64,000 nucleotides of DNA from contig JACVGT010000013.1 of assembly GCA_018992685.1 (NCBI GenBank), positions 60,228 through 124,227 on the forward strand. Direction: 5' to 3'. The translations under genes and the position numbers were made by a program. The notes below the pieces were generated by a model that had not been told where the DNA came from, searched no databases, and saw nothing but the letters and a program-made list of their open reading frames with translations. Every line of letters starts with the position of its first letter. The stretch's first letter is position 1. Positions 19,669 to 30,314 of this stretch are shown piece after piece. Source of the DNA: Theionarchaea archaeon. Lineage in GTDB: Archaea; Methanobacteriota_B; Thermococci; Methanofastidiosales; SZ-28-30.

Positions 19669-21606
19669 TTATTTGACACTATCTTTGATTTTTTCCACAA
19701 TGGACGAATCTCGAAGTGTTGTGGTGTCGCCGAGTTCCTTTCCTTCCGCAATGTCCTTGAGCAATCGGCGCATGATCTTTCCCGATCTGGTCTTGGGCAA
19801 ATCCTCGGTGAACACAATCCAGTCTGGCCTGGCAATGGGGCCGATAACAGTGCCCACATGTTTCTTGAGATCTGCTTCCAGTTGATCGGAGTGTGAGTGC
19901 TCACCTTTGAGAATGACAAAGGCCATGATTCCCTGTCCTTTCACTTCGTGAGGTCTGGCTACAACAGCTGCCTCTGCCACGGCAGGATGGTCAACAAGCG
20001 CAGATTCGACTTCCATGGTACTGATTCTGTGGCCTGAAACATTCATCACATCGTCCACACGCCCCAATATCCAGATGTATTCATCCATGTCTTTCTTTGC
20101 TCCATCTCCAGGGAAGTAGATTTCTTTGCCGTAGCGATCCCAATAGGTCTTCACATACCGATCAGGGTCTTTGTACAACGTTCGAAGCATGGCGGGCCAC
20201 GGAGTTTTCATCACCAGGTATCCACCACCTCCCGGAGGCACCGAATTTCCCTTGTCATCCAGCACATCTGCTTTCAAGCTGGGGAAGGGCCTGGTTGCAC
20301 TTCCCGGCTTCAACGTGGTCACTCCAGGGAGAGGTGTGATCAAGATCATGCCTGTTTCAGTCTGCCACCAGGTATCTACGATGGGGCAGTTGCTCTTGCC
20401 AATGGTCTCGTAGTACCACATCCAGGCAGCAGGGTTGATGGGTTCTCCCACACTTCCCAGAAGACGAAGAGTTGAGAGGTTGTGCATCTCGGGGTACTGC
20501 TTTCCCCACTGCATGAAGGCTCTGATAGCAGTAGGAGCAGTGTAGAACACAGTTACTCCATATTTCTCCACAAGATCCCAGAATCTGTCCTTGTCCGGGT
20601 AATCGGGCGCACCCTCAAACATCACACTGGTGGTGCCCAGAGCCAGGGGACCGTACACAATGTAGCTGTGCCCCGTGACCCAGCCGATGTCGGCTGTGCA
20701 CCAGAAGGTATCCTCCTCCTTGAGATCAAATACCCATTTGGTGGTAGCATATACCCCGGTCAAGTAGCCTCCAGTAGTATGAACAACACCTTTTGGCTTT
20801 GCAGTTGTACCCGATGTATACAAGATGTAAAGAATATCTTCAGCATCCATGGGTTCTGCTTCACACTCAGGCGAAGCATCTTTCATGAGTTCATGCCACC
20901 ACAGGTCTCGTCCTTCTGTGAAGGGTATGTTGTTTTCTGTTCGCTTCACCACAATGACATGCTCAATAGAGGGTGTTTCCTGCAATGCCTCATCTGCATT
21001 TTCCTTTAGCGAAACGACTTTTCCTCGCCTCCACCCCCCATCTGTGGTTATGAGGATCTTCGCTTCTGCATCATTGATTCTGTCCTTCAGAGAAGTAGGA
21101 GAGAACCCTCCAAATACTATGCTGTGAGGAGCACCAATGCGGGTGCAGGCCAGCATTGCAATAGGGAGTTCAGGGACCATGGGCATGTAAATGGCTACCC
21201 GGTCTCCTTTCTTCACGCCCAATCCTTTGAGAACGTTTGCGAATTTACAGACTTCTCTATAGAGATCCCAGTATGTGTATATTCTGGAATCGCCGGGTTC
21301 ACCTTCCCAGATCAAGGCGGCCTTGTTCTTTCGAAAAGTCTGAATATGCCTGTCCAGACAGTTATAACTGACATTGATTTTTCCATTGATGAACCATTTG
21401 GCCCACGGAGGATCCCAATCCAGGACTCTGTCCCATTTCTTGAACCAATGTAGTTCTTCTGCAAACGCGGCCCAGAATCCTTCGAAATCCTTTTCAGCTT
21501 TCTCATATATTGTGTCGTCCTTTACCCAGGCCTGTTTTTTGAAATCTTCAGGCGGGGGAAAAACATTTCCCTCTTCCAATAGTACTTCAATTGTCTCTTC
21601 TGACAT
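19669..21606 (-). CDS. acs: AMP-forming acetyl-CoA synthetase
   Basis: Motifs [27 protein letters not shown] and [11 protein letters not shown]. Confidence 0.95.
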   Translation of the reverse strand: MSEETIEVLLEEGNVFPPPEDFKKQAWVKDDTIYEKAEKDFEGFWAAFAEELHWFKKWDRVLDWDPPWAKWFINGKINVSYNCLDRHIQTFRKNKAALIWEGEPGDSRIYTYWDLYREVCKFANVLKGLGVKKGDRVAIYMPMVPELPIAMLACTRIGAPHSIVFGGFSPTSLKDRINDAEAKILITTDGGWRRGKVVSLKENADEALQETPSIEHVIVVKRTENNIPFTEGRDLWWHELMKDASPECEAEPMDAEDILYILYTSGTTAKPKGVVHTTGGYLTGVYATTKWVFDLKEEDTFWCTADIGWVTGHSYIVYGPLALGTTSVMFEGAPDYPDKDRFWDLVEKYGVTVFYTAPTAIRAFMQWGKQYPEMHNLSTLRLLGSVGEPINPAAWMWYYETIGKSNCPIVDTWWQTETGMILITPLPGVTTLKPGSATRPFPSLKADVLDDKGNSVPPGGGGYLVMKTPWPAMLRTLYKDPDRYVKTYWDRYGKEIYFPGDGAKKDMDEYIWILGRVDDVMNVSGHRISTMEVESALVDHPAVAEAAVVARPHEVKGQGIMAFVILKGEHSHSDQLEADLKKHVGTVIGPIARPDWIVFTEDLPKTRSGKIMRRLLKDIAEGKELGDTTTLRDSSIVEKIKDSVK

Positions 21607-21733
21607 TTTCTCACCTCAGATTAGCGCAAGGCTATACATAGTTGATCTATGAATTACTTTTAAATGTTGTGGTATGTAAACTCTGTCTTCAACGAGCTAC
21701 TGCATCACTGGATGACCCTCGTCACCTGGTAAA

Positions 21734-22681
21734 TCAGGGCGAGGGAATGGCGAGATCCGCGGGGCCTTGCTTCGATAGGATCAGATCCGGGTGAATCTTT
21801 TCCACAAAATCTCGCATTATTTCTGCAAACTTGACCTTCTCCCTGGCGAACTTGGCAAGAAACTCTTCTGCAGTCCAGGGTTTGTAGATACCTCCTCCTG
21901 CTGCTAGGGCAGTGCCAGGTTCTATTTTGAAGTAACAGGGTGCCGTCACCCTGGCGAGCTCTGGTGTCTCCCACATTCTGTTGTACCCGCCAAAAGACTC
22001 TGACAGCATCACGTGGATGTCCACTGGAATCTTCACTGCCTTTCTGATGGCAGCAAACATGGGGAGACTCAAATCGCCAAGTGGATTGAACGTATTTGCA
22101 CCTAGTGACTCCAGGACCTTCCCTCCAGCACCACTTGCATGACCTGCGTAGATGGAAACCTTGAATATTGTGTCCTTTGGCACGATGCCGTCTTCCCGCA
22201 ACTTGGAAAGCAGCCAGAGTGCTCCCTCATCCATAACCAGGAAGCCTCTGAACCCCAGTTCAACGCAGCGCACAATATCTGCTACCAAGTATGACAAGTT
22301 GTCGCTCCCCCGGATTCTTGCTCCGGACAGACCTCCTTCTGGTGTAACCAGCTGTCGGCCTGTGTCCCAGCTGCTACGCGGTCCCGGTGTAAGAACCACT
22401 TCCATTTTCTTTTCCTTGGCCAGCCGGGCAAATTGAATCAGCTCCTCATCATCCAGGAGCGTCGAACCCATAACCACGCTGATCAGCCGGTGTATGGGCA
22501 CGTCACGTTTCTCCATTTCATCAACAAGAGCTTCCAACGTGGAAAGGTGTTCAACTCCAGAAATCTCCATGCGGTAGTGAGCACCATCAGGGAATTTCAA
22601 GGGAGAAGATGGTAGTTCGTACAAATCTCTCCCTGGAATTCCATGTTTTTCCATAGCACTCCTAATTTTCTGAATGTCCAT
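21734..22681 (-). CDS. Peptidase U32-like TIM-barrel protein
   Basis: Motifs ELGFRGFLVMDEG, FKVS, LGANTFNP and PVDIH. GGAGG SD precedes 22681. Confidence 0.6.
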   Translation of the reverse strand: MDIQKIRSAMEKHGIPGRDLYELPSSPLKFPDGAHYRMEISGVEHLSTLEALVDEMEKRDVPIHRLISVVMGSTLLDDEELIQFARLAKEKKMEVVLTPGPRSSWDTGRQLVTPEGGLSGARIRGSDNLSYLVADIVRCVELGFRGFLVMDEGALWLLSKLREDGIVPKDTIFKVSIYAGHASGAGGKVLESLGANTFNPLGDLSLPMFAAIRKAVKIPVDIHVMLSESFGGYNRMWETPELARVTAPCYFKIEPGTALAAGGGIYKPWTAEEFLAKFAREKVKFAEIMRDFVEKIHPDLILSKQGPADLAIPSP

Positions 22682-22894
22682 CTGAATTCCTCCTCTACGA
22701 CCTTTATTTCTCAATATGAATGTGTGAAAGTTTTTTACCTTAAATAATTATCGGATCACGTGGGTTCTGAGTTTTCCCCGCTCTGCATTCCGTACAGCGC
22801 AAATAGGGTATAATATTCACCTTTTCTCTGCGTCAAAAAGCTGCTGGGAAATTCATTCCAAGAGTCTAAAAGTATCCATCCAGGACTTCCCACA

Positions 22895-23095
22895 TATGAA
22901 AAGCAAAAGAAATAATAGGAATGCTCCCTGGAGAGGAGCATTCCCTCAGTTCTTCCTCATCCTTCACCTCCCTGGGCAGAGACCAAATCATAATGGTGAT
23001 TGTGATTTGAAAAGGGACAGGCCTTCTCGTCTTACCTTTGGAGGGAATTTCTTCCTTTCAAAGAAGAAATACTCCTAAGCATCTTTCCTTCTTAC
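22895..23095 (-). ncRNA. Putative structured small transcript with SD and 4-codon ORF (MRKN)
   Basis: GAAAAC-TTTATAAA promoter at 23117-23130. Hairpins at 23047-23070, ~22985-23010 and ~22918-22945. GGAGGTGA at 22964-22971 and ATG at 22960. U-rich end. Confidence 0.4.
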
Positions 23096-23528
23096 TAAAT
23101 ATAGGCCTGTCGTTGCTTTATAAAGTTTTCCACTCTAGAATTCTAGGGAAAACTTACTTGGGAAATCCGCGAGAAATTTATAGGCTTTTGTAAAAACTCC
23201 TTATAAGTCTTCCAGTCAATCTTTAATTTTTACAAGCAAACTAGAAATATTCCCGAGCATAATGTGGCAATTCCGTGGAGAGCTTTGGGATAATCAGTGC
23301 TCTAGAACCCTACGTTCTCTCCGGTTGCCTTTTCGGACTGTATTTTCGATTTAACGGAAAGATCACAGAAGATTAAATTTTTGATTAGATAAAACGCCAA
23401 ATTTTTTGTTTTAATTTCTCCAGGTGCCAGCAACCAAAGAAGTGACTCCACTTCAACGTCGACTTTGATCTCGGCGAAAATCTTTTAAGGAACTGGGATA
23501 GAGTGAGGAAAGAGTACGAGGTGGTATC

Positions 23529-23957
23529 ATGAACATTCAAGGATATGAACTCCCTGATGATCTCTACTACGAAGAACATCACTACTGGGCACGGGTGGAA
23601 GGAGCCCTTATAGTTGTTGGAGCTACTGATTATACACAGAAAGCGGCAGGAGACTTTGTATTTGTGGAACTGCCCTATGAAGGGGACAAAGTGGAGCAGG
23701 GAAAGCCCTTTGCTACAATAGAATCTGGGAAATGGACAGGGAGAATATACGCTCCTGTCTCAGGAGAAGTCGCTGAAGTCAACGAAGATTTGGAGGATGA
23801 TTACACAAAAATAAACCAGGATCCCTATGGGGAAGGCTGGATTATTAAGATCAAGCCTTCAAATCTGGATGCAGACCTAAAAACCCTGCTTCATGAGAAA
23901 AAAGAAGTAGAAGAGTGGATGAAGAAGGAGATCGAAATCCACAAGACCGAAGTCTAA
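23529..23957 (+). CDS. gcvH: Glycine cleavage H-like lipoyl-carrier protein
   Basis: Motifs HYWAR, GATDY, IESGKW (lipoyl-Lys) and INQDPYGEGWI. Confidence 0.9.
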   Translation: MNIQGYELPDDLYYEEHHYWARVEGALIVVGATDYTQKAAGDFVFVELPYEGDKVEQGKPFATIESGKWTGRIYAPVSGEVAEVNEDLEDDYTKINQDPYGEGWIIKIKPSNLDADLKTLLHEKKEVEEWMKKEIEIHKTEV

Positions 23958-24139
23958 CTCTTTTTTCACTTTTTATTTTTGATCATGCTGATTCTTTCCT
24001 CTGAAGAAAGCTCCAGGGTCCTGACTTCTTACCTGGACCATACCTTCCCCATTATCCATCCCAGCGGAGAAATGAGGATGTCTCAAACCGTAGAAAACTA
24101 TAAAAAGGAAAACCAAGATTATAAGTGGAGGTTGTTCAT

Positions 24140-24649
24140 ATGGCCGAATTGCTGGTAAGGGACGCAATGACTGAAAGCTACGTGAAACTTAGTCCTAGAA
24201 CCATTTCCAGTGAAGCTGCACGGATTATGGCAGATTCAGATGCAGATTGTATCCTCGTTATTAGAGAGGGATCTCCAGCGGGGATCGTAACTGCCTCAGA
24301 TTTCTTGCGCCGTGTGGTAGCTGAAGGGAAAAATGCCAGCGAAATTCTTTTGAAGGACATAATGTCTTCACCGGTTGTTACTATTGATCCCAACAAGACC
24401 TTGGCTGAAGCATCAAACAGACTGTCTGCAAATGGCGTGAAGAGACTCATTGTAATGGACGGAACCATGGTGGCTGGAGTGCTAACGTCGGTTGATATCC
24501 TGTTCTATGCTGAAGATCTGGGAGAAGCTGAGGAAGAACGTGAGGTAGGACCCAGCATGTGTGAGATATGCGGTGGCTACTTTGAAGTACTGACCGAATT
24601 TGATGGGAAATTTGTCTGTGAAGACTGCATGGAGCTGCTCGAAGGGTGA
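24140..24649 (+). CDS. CBS-pair protein with C-terminal Zn ribbon
   Basis: Two CBS repeats followed by CEICG...CEDC. Confidence 0.85.
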   Translation: MAELLVRDAMTESYVKLSPRTISSEAARIMADSDADCILVIREGSPAGIVTASDFLRRVVAEGKNASEILLKDIMSSPVVTIDPNKTLAEASNRLSANGVKRLIVMDGTMVAGVLTSVDILFYAEDLGEAEEEREVGPSMCEICGGYFEVLTEFDGKFVCEDCMELLEG

Positions 24650-24653
24650 AATT

Positions 24654-25418
24654 ATGCAGGTACACGAAATCATGAAGGAGCCAGCAGTAGTAGGACCTGA
24701 AGATTTTGCTACGAGAGTCAGAGCGTTGTTACGGGATAAGACTAGAATTGCTCTGGTAAAAGAAGATGCTAAGTTTCTGGGAATTATCACTCGGAAAGAT
24801 ATCATGCTGGTAACCTCAACAAAATCCAACCTCAAGGCCAGAGAAATCATGTCGACGCCTATGCTGACGTTCAGGCCTGATGAGGAAGTTCACGAAGCAG
24901 GCAGGAAAATGATTGAGATGGACGTGTATTCCTCCCCAGTCATGGAGGATGCTTCTGTTTTGGGAATTGTGCACATGGAAGAGATTCTGCAGAGTGTATA
25001 CCGCCCCACATCAAAAAAAGTTATAGACATCATGACGACTGAGGTGGTATCCTGTGATACATCTGAAAATGTCATAAAAGTATGGAATCTCATGAAGTAC
25101 CACGATTTTACTGGGCTCCCTGTGACCAGAGAAGTGTCCACCTCTCGTCGTCGATACAAAAAACTTGAAGGATTCGTCACAAGAAAGGATATTCTTCGCA
25201 GTGGAACCATCAGGCCAGGAGAAGAAGTCCATTCCCGCCCCCCTGCCATCGAGAAGGCCATGACCCGTACTCCAAAGTACGTGCGTCCTCATGATTCAGT
25301 TGATGCCTGTGTAAACCTGTTCAAGAAGCACGATATTGGTAGACTACCCGTAATACGTGATGGGTATGAACTGATTGGAATTGTAGATAGAGAAGACGTC
25401 TTGACCCTGTACGTGTAG
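24654..25418 (+). CDS. CBS domain protein (4 CBS)
   Basis: Motifs GIITRKD, GLPV, GRLPV and GIVDRED. Confidence 0.85.
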   Translation: MQVHEIMKEPAVVGPEDFATRVRALLRDKTRIALVKEDAKFLGIITRKDIMLVTSTKSNLKAREIMSTPMLTFRPDEEVHEAGRKMIEMDVYSSPVMEDASVLGIVHMEEILQSVYRPTSKKVIDIMTTEVVSCDTSENVIKVWNLMKYHDFTGLPVTREVSTSRRRYKKLEGFVTRKDILRSGTIRPGEEVHSRPPAIEKAMTRTPKYVRPHDSVDACVNLFKKHDIGRLPVIRDGYELIGIVDREDVLTLYV

Positions 25419-25429
25419 GAGGAATTAAA

Positions 25430-26311
25430 ATGAAAAGAACGATCCAAGGAAAGCTTGACCGGGGGCCACGCGAGTTCGAGACCCGGGTACATGAGCATGA
25501 GGGAGAAGTAATGGGTATTGCGCGAAGAAACGTGATCACTGTTCCCCCCACCATTTCAATCAAAGGAGCTGCAGAAACCATGGCTTCTTACAAGACCAGG
25601 AGACTGCCAATTACCCATCCTGGTACAGGTAAGATCGAAGGTATTATAATCAGCAGAGATATCATCAATTTCCTGGGTGGTGGAGAGAAAAACAGAATTA
25701 TTTCAGAAAAGTACTATGGGAATTTATTTGCTGCGATTAATGATTCTATCCGCGACATCATGAGCCGTGATGTTATCACAGTGAAGAATTCTGCCTCCAT
25801 TGATGAAGTCGTCAGGGAAATGAAAGAAAAGAATGTCGGGGGATTTCCAGTTGTAAATGCTGAATATCAGGTGGTGGGTATCATCGAGGAGAAGGACCTG
25901 GTGCGGCAGATTGCAGGAACAATCACCGGTGAACTGGTGGGGGATAGAATGACCACCAATCCCATAGCCATTACCCCAGGAACCACCATCAGAGATACCA
26001 ATAGGTTCATGATCGCCAATGACATCAGGAGACTCCCTGTTGTGAGTGAGGGCGAATTGGTGGGATTAATAACCACCACAGACATTTTGCGCTATTTTGC
26101 CTCCAATGAGATGTTTAGACAAATGAAGGGAGATCCGCTGTCACTTCGCATACGAGAGGTCATGGTATCTGATATGAAGACCATATCTCCCAGGGAAGAC
26201 GTGGGAAAGGCTGTCCAGGTCATGAAGGATAGTGATGTGGGGTGCCTGCTGGTCATGGATGGAGGCCTGGTGGGAATGCTCACTGAACGAGATATCCTGG
26301 GATTGTTTTAG
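25430..26311 (+). CDS. CBS domain protein (4 CBS, MJ1225-like)
   Basis: Motifs RRLPI, DIINFLGGG, GGFPVV and GMLTERD. Confidence 0.85.
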   Translation: MKRTIQGKLDRGPREFETRVHEHEGEVMGIARRNVITVPPTISIKGAAETMASYKTRRLPITHPGTGKIEGIIISRDIINFLGGGEKNRIISEKYYGNLFAAINDSIRDIMSRDVITVKNSASIDEVVREMKEKNVGGFPVVNAEYQVVGIIEEKDLVRQIAGTITGELVGDRMTTNPIAITPGTTIRDTNRFMIANDIRRLPVVSEGELVGLITTTDILRYFASNEMFRQMKGDPLSLRIREVMVSDMKTISPREDVGKAVQVMKDSDVGCLLVMDGGLVGMLTERDILGLF

Positions 26312-26320
26312 GGTGGTACC

Positions 26321-27088
26321 ATGCACATTAGAGAAATCATGAAAGAACCTATTCATGTTGACAAGGATCAAAGGCTTTCTCACGCAATAGACCTTTTCAA
26401 TAAGCACAATATCGCCCGTCTGCCCGTTCTTGAAGGTGGTGATCTGGTGGGGATCGTGACGCAGAGAGATGTCATGGATAAGATCGGATACTTCAAAGAG
26501 GATCTGAAAGTATCCACCTATCATATATCCACCTGCATGACAAAAGATCCCTACACTCTCAGCCCTTCAGACCCTGTTGAAAATGCAATTACGATCTTCC
26601 GCAGGCGCAAGATCTCAGGAATACCCATTGTGGATGAGCAGCTCGTAGGGATGGTCACCAAACTGGATGTAATCCAACAATGCAGGTACGCTGGGAATGT
26701 AGCAGATTGTTATACACCCCAATTCGTGTCTGTATCTGCCAGTGAAAGGGTTGTACATGCCCGGATGCTTATGCTCAGGCATAATGAACGCTGTTTCCCT
26801 GTTGTTGATAATACCCTTGAAGGAGTCATTACAACGGGAGATGTGGTCTACGAGCTGTACAAATTCATGGACTCGGTTGACAGGCATCAGAGCTCTCTGG
26901 TGAGAAATCTCAGTGTGGAGGAGGCCATGAATCAGAACCCTGTGACTACTGCTCCCTGGGTGGAACTGGAAACAGTGAAGAAAATAATGGTCAGTGATAA
27001 TCTTTCCACACTGCCAGTTGTAACTGAAGAGTCCGAGGTGTTGGGGCTGATATCAAAAGACGAAATGATGCAGACGCTTGAAGTATAG
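26321..27088 (+). CDS. CBS domain protein (4 CBS)
   Basis: Motifs RLPV, GIVTQRD, SGIPIV and VVHAR. Confidence 0.85.
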   Translation: MHIREIMKEPIHVDKDQRLSHAIDLFNKHNIARLPVLEGGDLVGIVTQRDVMDKIGYFKEDLKVSTYHISTCMTKDPYTLSPSDPVENAITIFRRRKISGIPIVDEQLVGMVTKLDVIQQCRYAGNVADCYTPQFVSVSASERVVHARMLMLRHNERCFPVVDNTLEGVITTGDVVYELYKFMDSVDRHQSSLVRNLSVEEAMNQNPVTTAPWVELETVKKIMVSDNLSTLPVVTEESEVLGLISKDEMMQTLEV

Positions 27089-27193
27089 CTTTTTGCCCCT
27101 CATTAAGGAAAGTCTTTTAAGCCTCTCTTTCTGAGAGCTGTTCAGGAGATGAGGTTGATATGCCTGTCTTTGTAAAGAGCGGAGGCGAGGCTG

Positions 27194-28159
27194 TTGCCTA
27201 CCAGCCTTGAAGCTAAAATGAGGCACTACAGGATGATCTATGAAATTCTGTGGTTCCAGACACCACGAATCCCTGTTAAAGATATTTCTTCCGTGCTTCA
27301 CGTTGACCCCAGAACTGCTAACAGAAGGATGAAAGAAGCAGTCACCCAAGGATATCTTGCAGGACCTCAAATCAGAAAACGCTCTTATGCGAATATGAAA
27401 GAGTATATGTACTTCATTTCCTGTGAAAATCCTTTCCCCAGGTACCTGAGCTACAGCAAGGATGAACAGGTAGTTTACCATGCTAGAATGGCTGGGTTTG
27501 CCAGTTTGTGGGTAATCTCCAAGGCCCCTCTGGACATCAAAGACGCCATAGTACTGGAAGGATACCGATCTGACTACCACCTTTCATGCCCTCCTGACCA
27601 ATCATGGGAACACGCAGTGGAGATCATGACGTCTTCCATAGAAACCTGTGACCTCCACAGATGGCAGCCCAAGGGAATTCTCAGCAATCGTTGGGACACG
27701 CATGTCCAGTGGGACGAGGAAGATGAGTCTTTATACAAGTATTTTAAGTACAACTTGAGGAAACCCTTTTCTCCCGTAATGAGGAAACATCTCATCAGCT
27801 CCGGGAAAATATATTCATTTCTTGAAAAGCTGCCTTCCTGCTGCACTCTGGTTACCAGTTATTTCCCGGAAGGAGTAGCTGCATACGACCCTTACCTTTT
27901 CATGTTTGAAACGGAGTATGAAGATTTCGTCATTGACGTGTTCTCCCAGCTTCCTACATCTTGCTTTTTCTTCAAGGTCTCGGGCAGGCTATTCTTGTTG
28001 GCGTATGTGAAGCGTCATCTCCTCAGGTATGATGGTCTCACCATTTCTGACATAGGCCAGTTGCAGATTCCCATTCTGGTAAAGGCTCTCATGGACGAAG
28101 GAATCATCACGAGTGAAGATCACGCCATAGTGGAATATCACTGGGCAAAAGATTTGTAA
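27194..28159 (+). CDS. Putative HTH/Lrp-like transcriptional regulator (large lineage-specific family)
   Basis: N-terminal HTH (IPVKDISSVLHVDPRTANRRM) and a second HTH-like segment mid-protein. GGAGG precedes the TTG start. Confidence 0.55.
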   Translation: MPTSLEAKMRHYRMIYEILWFQTPRIPVKDISSVLHVDPRTANRRMKEAVTQGYLAGPQIRKRSYANMKEYMYFISCENPFPRYLSYSKDEQVVYHARMAGFASLWVISKAPLDIKDAIVLEGYRSDYHLSCPPDQSWEHAVEIMTSSIETCDLHRWQPKGILSNRWDTHVQWDEEDESLYKYFKYNLRKPFSPVMRKHLISSGKIYSFLEKLPSCCTLVTSYFPEGVAAYDPYLFMFETEYEDFVIDVFSQLPTSCFFFKVSGRLFLLAYVKRHLLRYDGLTISDIGQLQIPILVKALMDEGIITSEDHAIVEYHWAKDL

Positions 28160-28192
28160 ATCCTAAATCCAGAATGCCCATGATGCCTACTG

Positions 28193-29653
28193 TTACATGA
28201 ACTTTCTCTTTACGATGAGCCTCAGCAGCATGAGTACAGGGATGATCTCCAGTCTTCCGATCCACATGTTGAACATAAGGGTGACTTTATTGAGTGTCCC
28301 CATCCAGGGGCCAGTGATTCCTGTGGACAGTCCAACATTTCCCTGAGCTGATGCCACCTCAAAGATTGCATCTCCCAGAGTGTATTGAGGAGGAATGGTC
28401 TGCAAAAGCACCAGAACTCCCATGAGCAGAAAGAAAAGCCACAAGAATGAAATAAGGCCAGCTTCTGCCACTTCTTCATTTGCCTCATCCAATGATAGTG
28501 ATTTTGAACCCAGCTTGTAGGAGATGACTGCAGCGGGAGAGAGAGAAACCTTCCTGAACTTCCATACCACTCCTTTGTATAGAAGGATTACCCTAATCAG
28601 TTTTATTCCTCCCACTGTAGAACCTGCTGCACCTCCTATGATCATGGCCAGAGAGAGGAGGAGTTTGGAGGACTCACTCCATGCGTGAACGTTGGTCGTC
28701 TGAAATCCAGTACATGTCAACGCAGAAATGAACTGAAAACTGGAAAATCTGAAAGATGTGGGGGCAGCAGCATATGTCTGCATATTCACATACGTTATGA
28801 AGGCAATGGCTGTTCCAGCAATCAGGAAAAAGGCTCTGTTCTGAGGATCGGTAAAGAATACTCTGTAATTAACCCTGATCATCCGATAATGAATCACGAA
28901 AGATACTGCACCTGCTATCATGATTGGGATGAGCGCATAGTCAATGAGGGGAGAATCATAGGTGCCGATGCTGTTGTCCACAACAGAGAACCCTCCTGTG
29001 GCAATGCCAGTCATGGCATGATTTATGGCATCCCACAGAGGCATCCGACATAACCACAGCACGAATACGCCCAAAACAGTATATATGAGGAATATCTTCC
29101 AGATGGTTTTCACTGTTGACACAATTGAAGGATGAATTTTCTCTACCCGACCCTCTGATTTGTACAGTGAGTAGGCTCCTGTCCCAGGCCTGGCCAGAAT
29201 GGATATCATGAGCACGATGACGCCTACTCCTCCGATCCACTGCATGAGAGACCTCCAGAACTGGATGCTGTGAGACAAGAGGTCTTCCCTGATTACCATG
29301 GTCAACCCAGTCCCGCTCCATCCAGACATACATTCAAACATGCAGTCAACAAACGGCATCTTCTCTATGAAAAAAATCGGTATTGTGCTGTACAGGGGGA
29401 CAATAACCCATGCCAGAGCTGCCACGATCATGGCATGCCTGATCTTTGGCTCTTCTTCCACTCGTACTGAAAGCAGGGCATGTGAAGACAGAAATGCCAC
29501 TCCACTGGTTATCAGAAAGTACAAAATTGCGTGGAATTCCCCAAATATCACAGGCACAATTGCAGCGAAGAAAGCCACAAAGGAGAATATGCGCAGGACT
29601 CTGCCAAGCTCTTCAAGGATAATTCTAGCATCAGAGGCAAGAATCCCCTTCAT
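28193..29653 (-). CDS. trkH: Trk K+ uptake membrane protein
   Basis: Motifs FECMSGWSGTGLT, WRSLMQWIGG, ATGGFS, GSTVGGIK and GRLE. Confidence 0.9.
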   Translation of the reverse strand: MKGILASDARIILEELGRVLRIFSFVAFFAAIVPVIFGEFHAILYFLITSGVAFLSSHALLSVRVEEEPKIRHAMIVAALAWVIVPLYSTIPIFFIEKMPFVDCMFECMSGWSGTGLTMVIREDLLSHSIQFWRSLMQWIGGVGVIVLMISILARPGTGAYSLYKSEGRVEKIHPSIVSTVKTIWKIFLIYTVLGVFVLWLCRMPLWDAINHAMTGIATGGFSVVDNSIGTYDSPLIDYALIPIMIAGAVSFVIHYRMIRVNYRVFFTDPQNRAFFLIAGTAIAFITYVNMQTYAAAPTSFRFSSFQFISALTCTGFQTTNVHAWSESSKLLLSLAMIIGGAAGSTVGGIKLIRVILLYKGVVWKFRKVSLSPAAVISYKLGSKSLSLDEANEEVAEAGLISFLWLFFLLMGVLVLLQTIPPQYTLGDAIFEVASAQGNVGLSTGITGPWMGTLNKVTLMFNMWIGRLEIIPVLMLLRLIVKRKFM

Positions 29654-29657
29654 GGGA

Positions 29658-30314
29658 TCATCCCGTAAATAGCTTCGTTGTCTCTTCAATCTTCTTGGCC
29701 AGAACGAACACTGTAACTCTGTCCCCTTCCATTATGATGGTATCACCTCGTGGAATGATAATTTCATCATCGCGGGTAATGGCTACTATCAAGGCATCTT
29801 TCTGGGCCAATCTCAGGCTGTCCAGCGTTTTATCCACCACGGAAGCTTTATCTGTAACCACAATTTCGAAAATCTCCGCCTCTCCACCTCCAATGCTCAT
29901 AAAATCTCTGATGGATGGCCTCTGAAGTATACGGTATAAATACTCAGCTACTGCTGACGCAGGATTCTCCATGACATTTGCTCCAATCCTTCTGAACATC
30001 AGTGCGTGCTCGGGTTGGGAAACTAGGGACACGAGTGACTGGATCTTCAATTCCTTGCCCACCAGAACGGTAAGAAGATTTACTGCATCATCTTTTGTAG
30101 TGGCAGCCAGGGCATCGGCTCTGCGGGCTCCTGCATCCTCCAGGATGGATCTGATAGTAGAATCCCCACATATCGCCATTATGTCGTATTTCTCTGTAAT
30201 CTCACTGCACCTGTCCTCGTCCTTATCCACAATCACAGTATTGTGTCCTCTTTCTGCGGCAATCTTCACAAGGCTCTCGCCTATTCTTCCAGCTCCGACC
30301 ACAATTATATACAT
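29658..30314 (-). CDS. trkA: Trk K+ uptake RCK subunit
   Basis: GAGRIG, GDST and the TrkA_C motif IPRGDT. Confidence 0.85.
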   Translation of the reverse strand: MYIIVVGAGRIGESLVKIAAERGHNTVIVDKDEDRCSEITEKYDIMAICGDSTIRSILEDAGARRADALAATTKDDAVNLLTVLVGKELKIQSLVSLVSQPEHALMFRRIGANVMENPASAVAEYLYRILQRPSIRDFMSIGGGEAEIFEIVVTDKASVVDKTLDSLRLAQKDALIVAITRDDEIIIPRGDTIIMEGDRVTVFVLAKKIEETTKLFTG

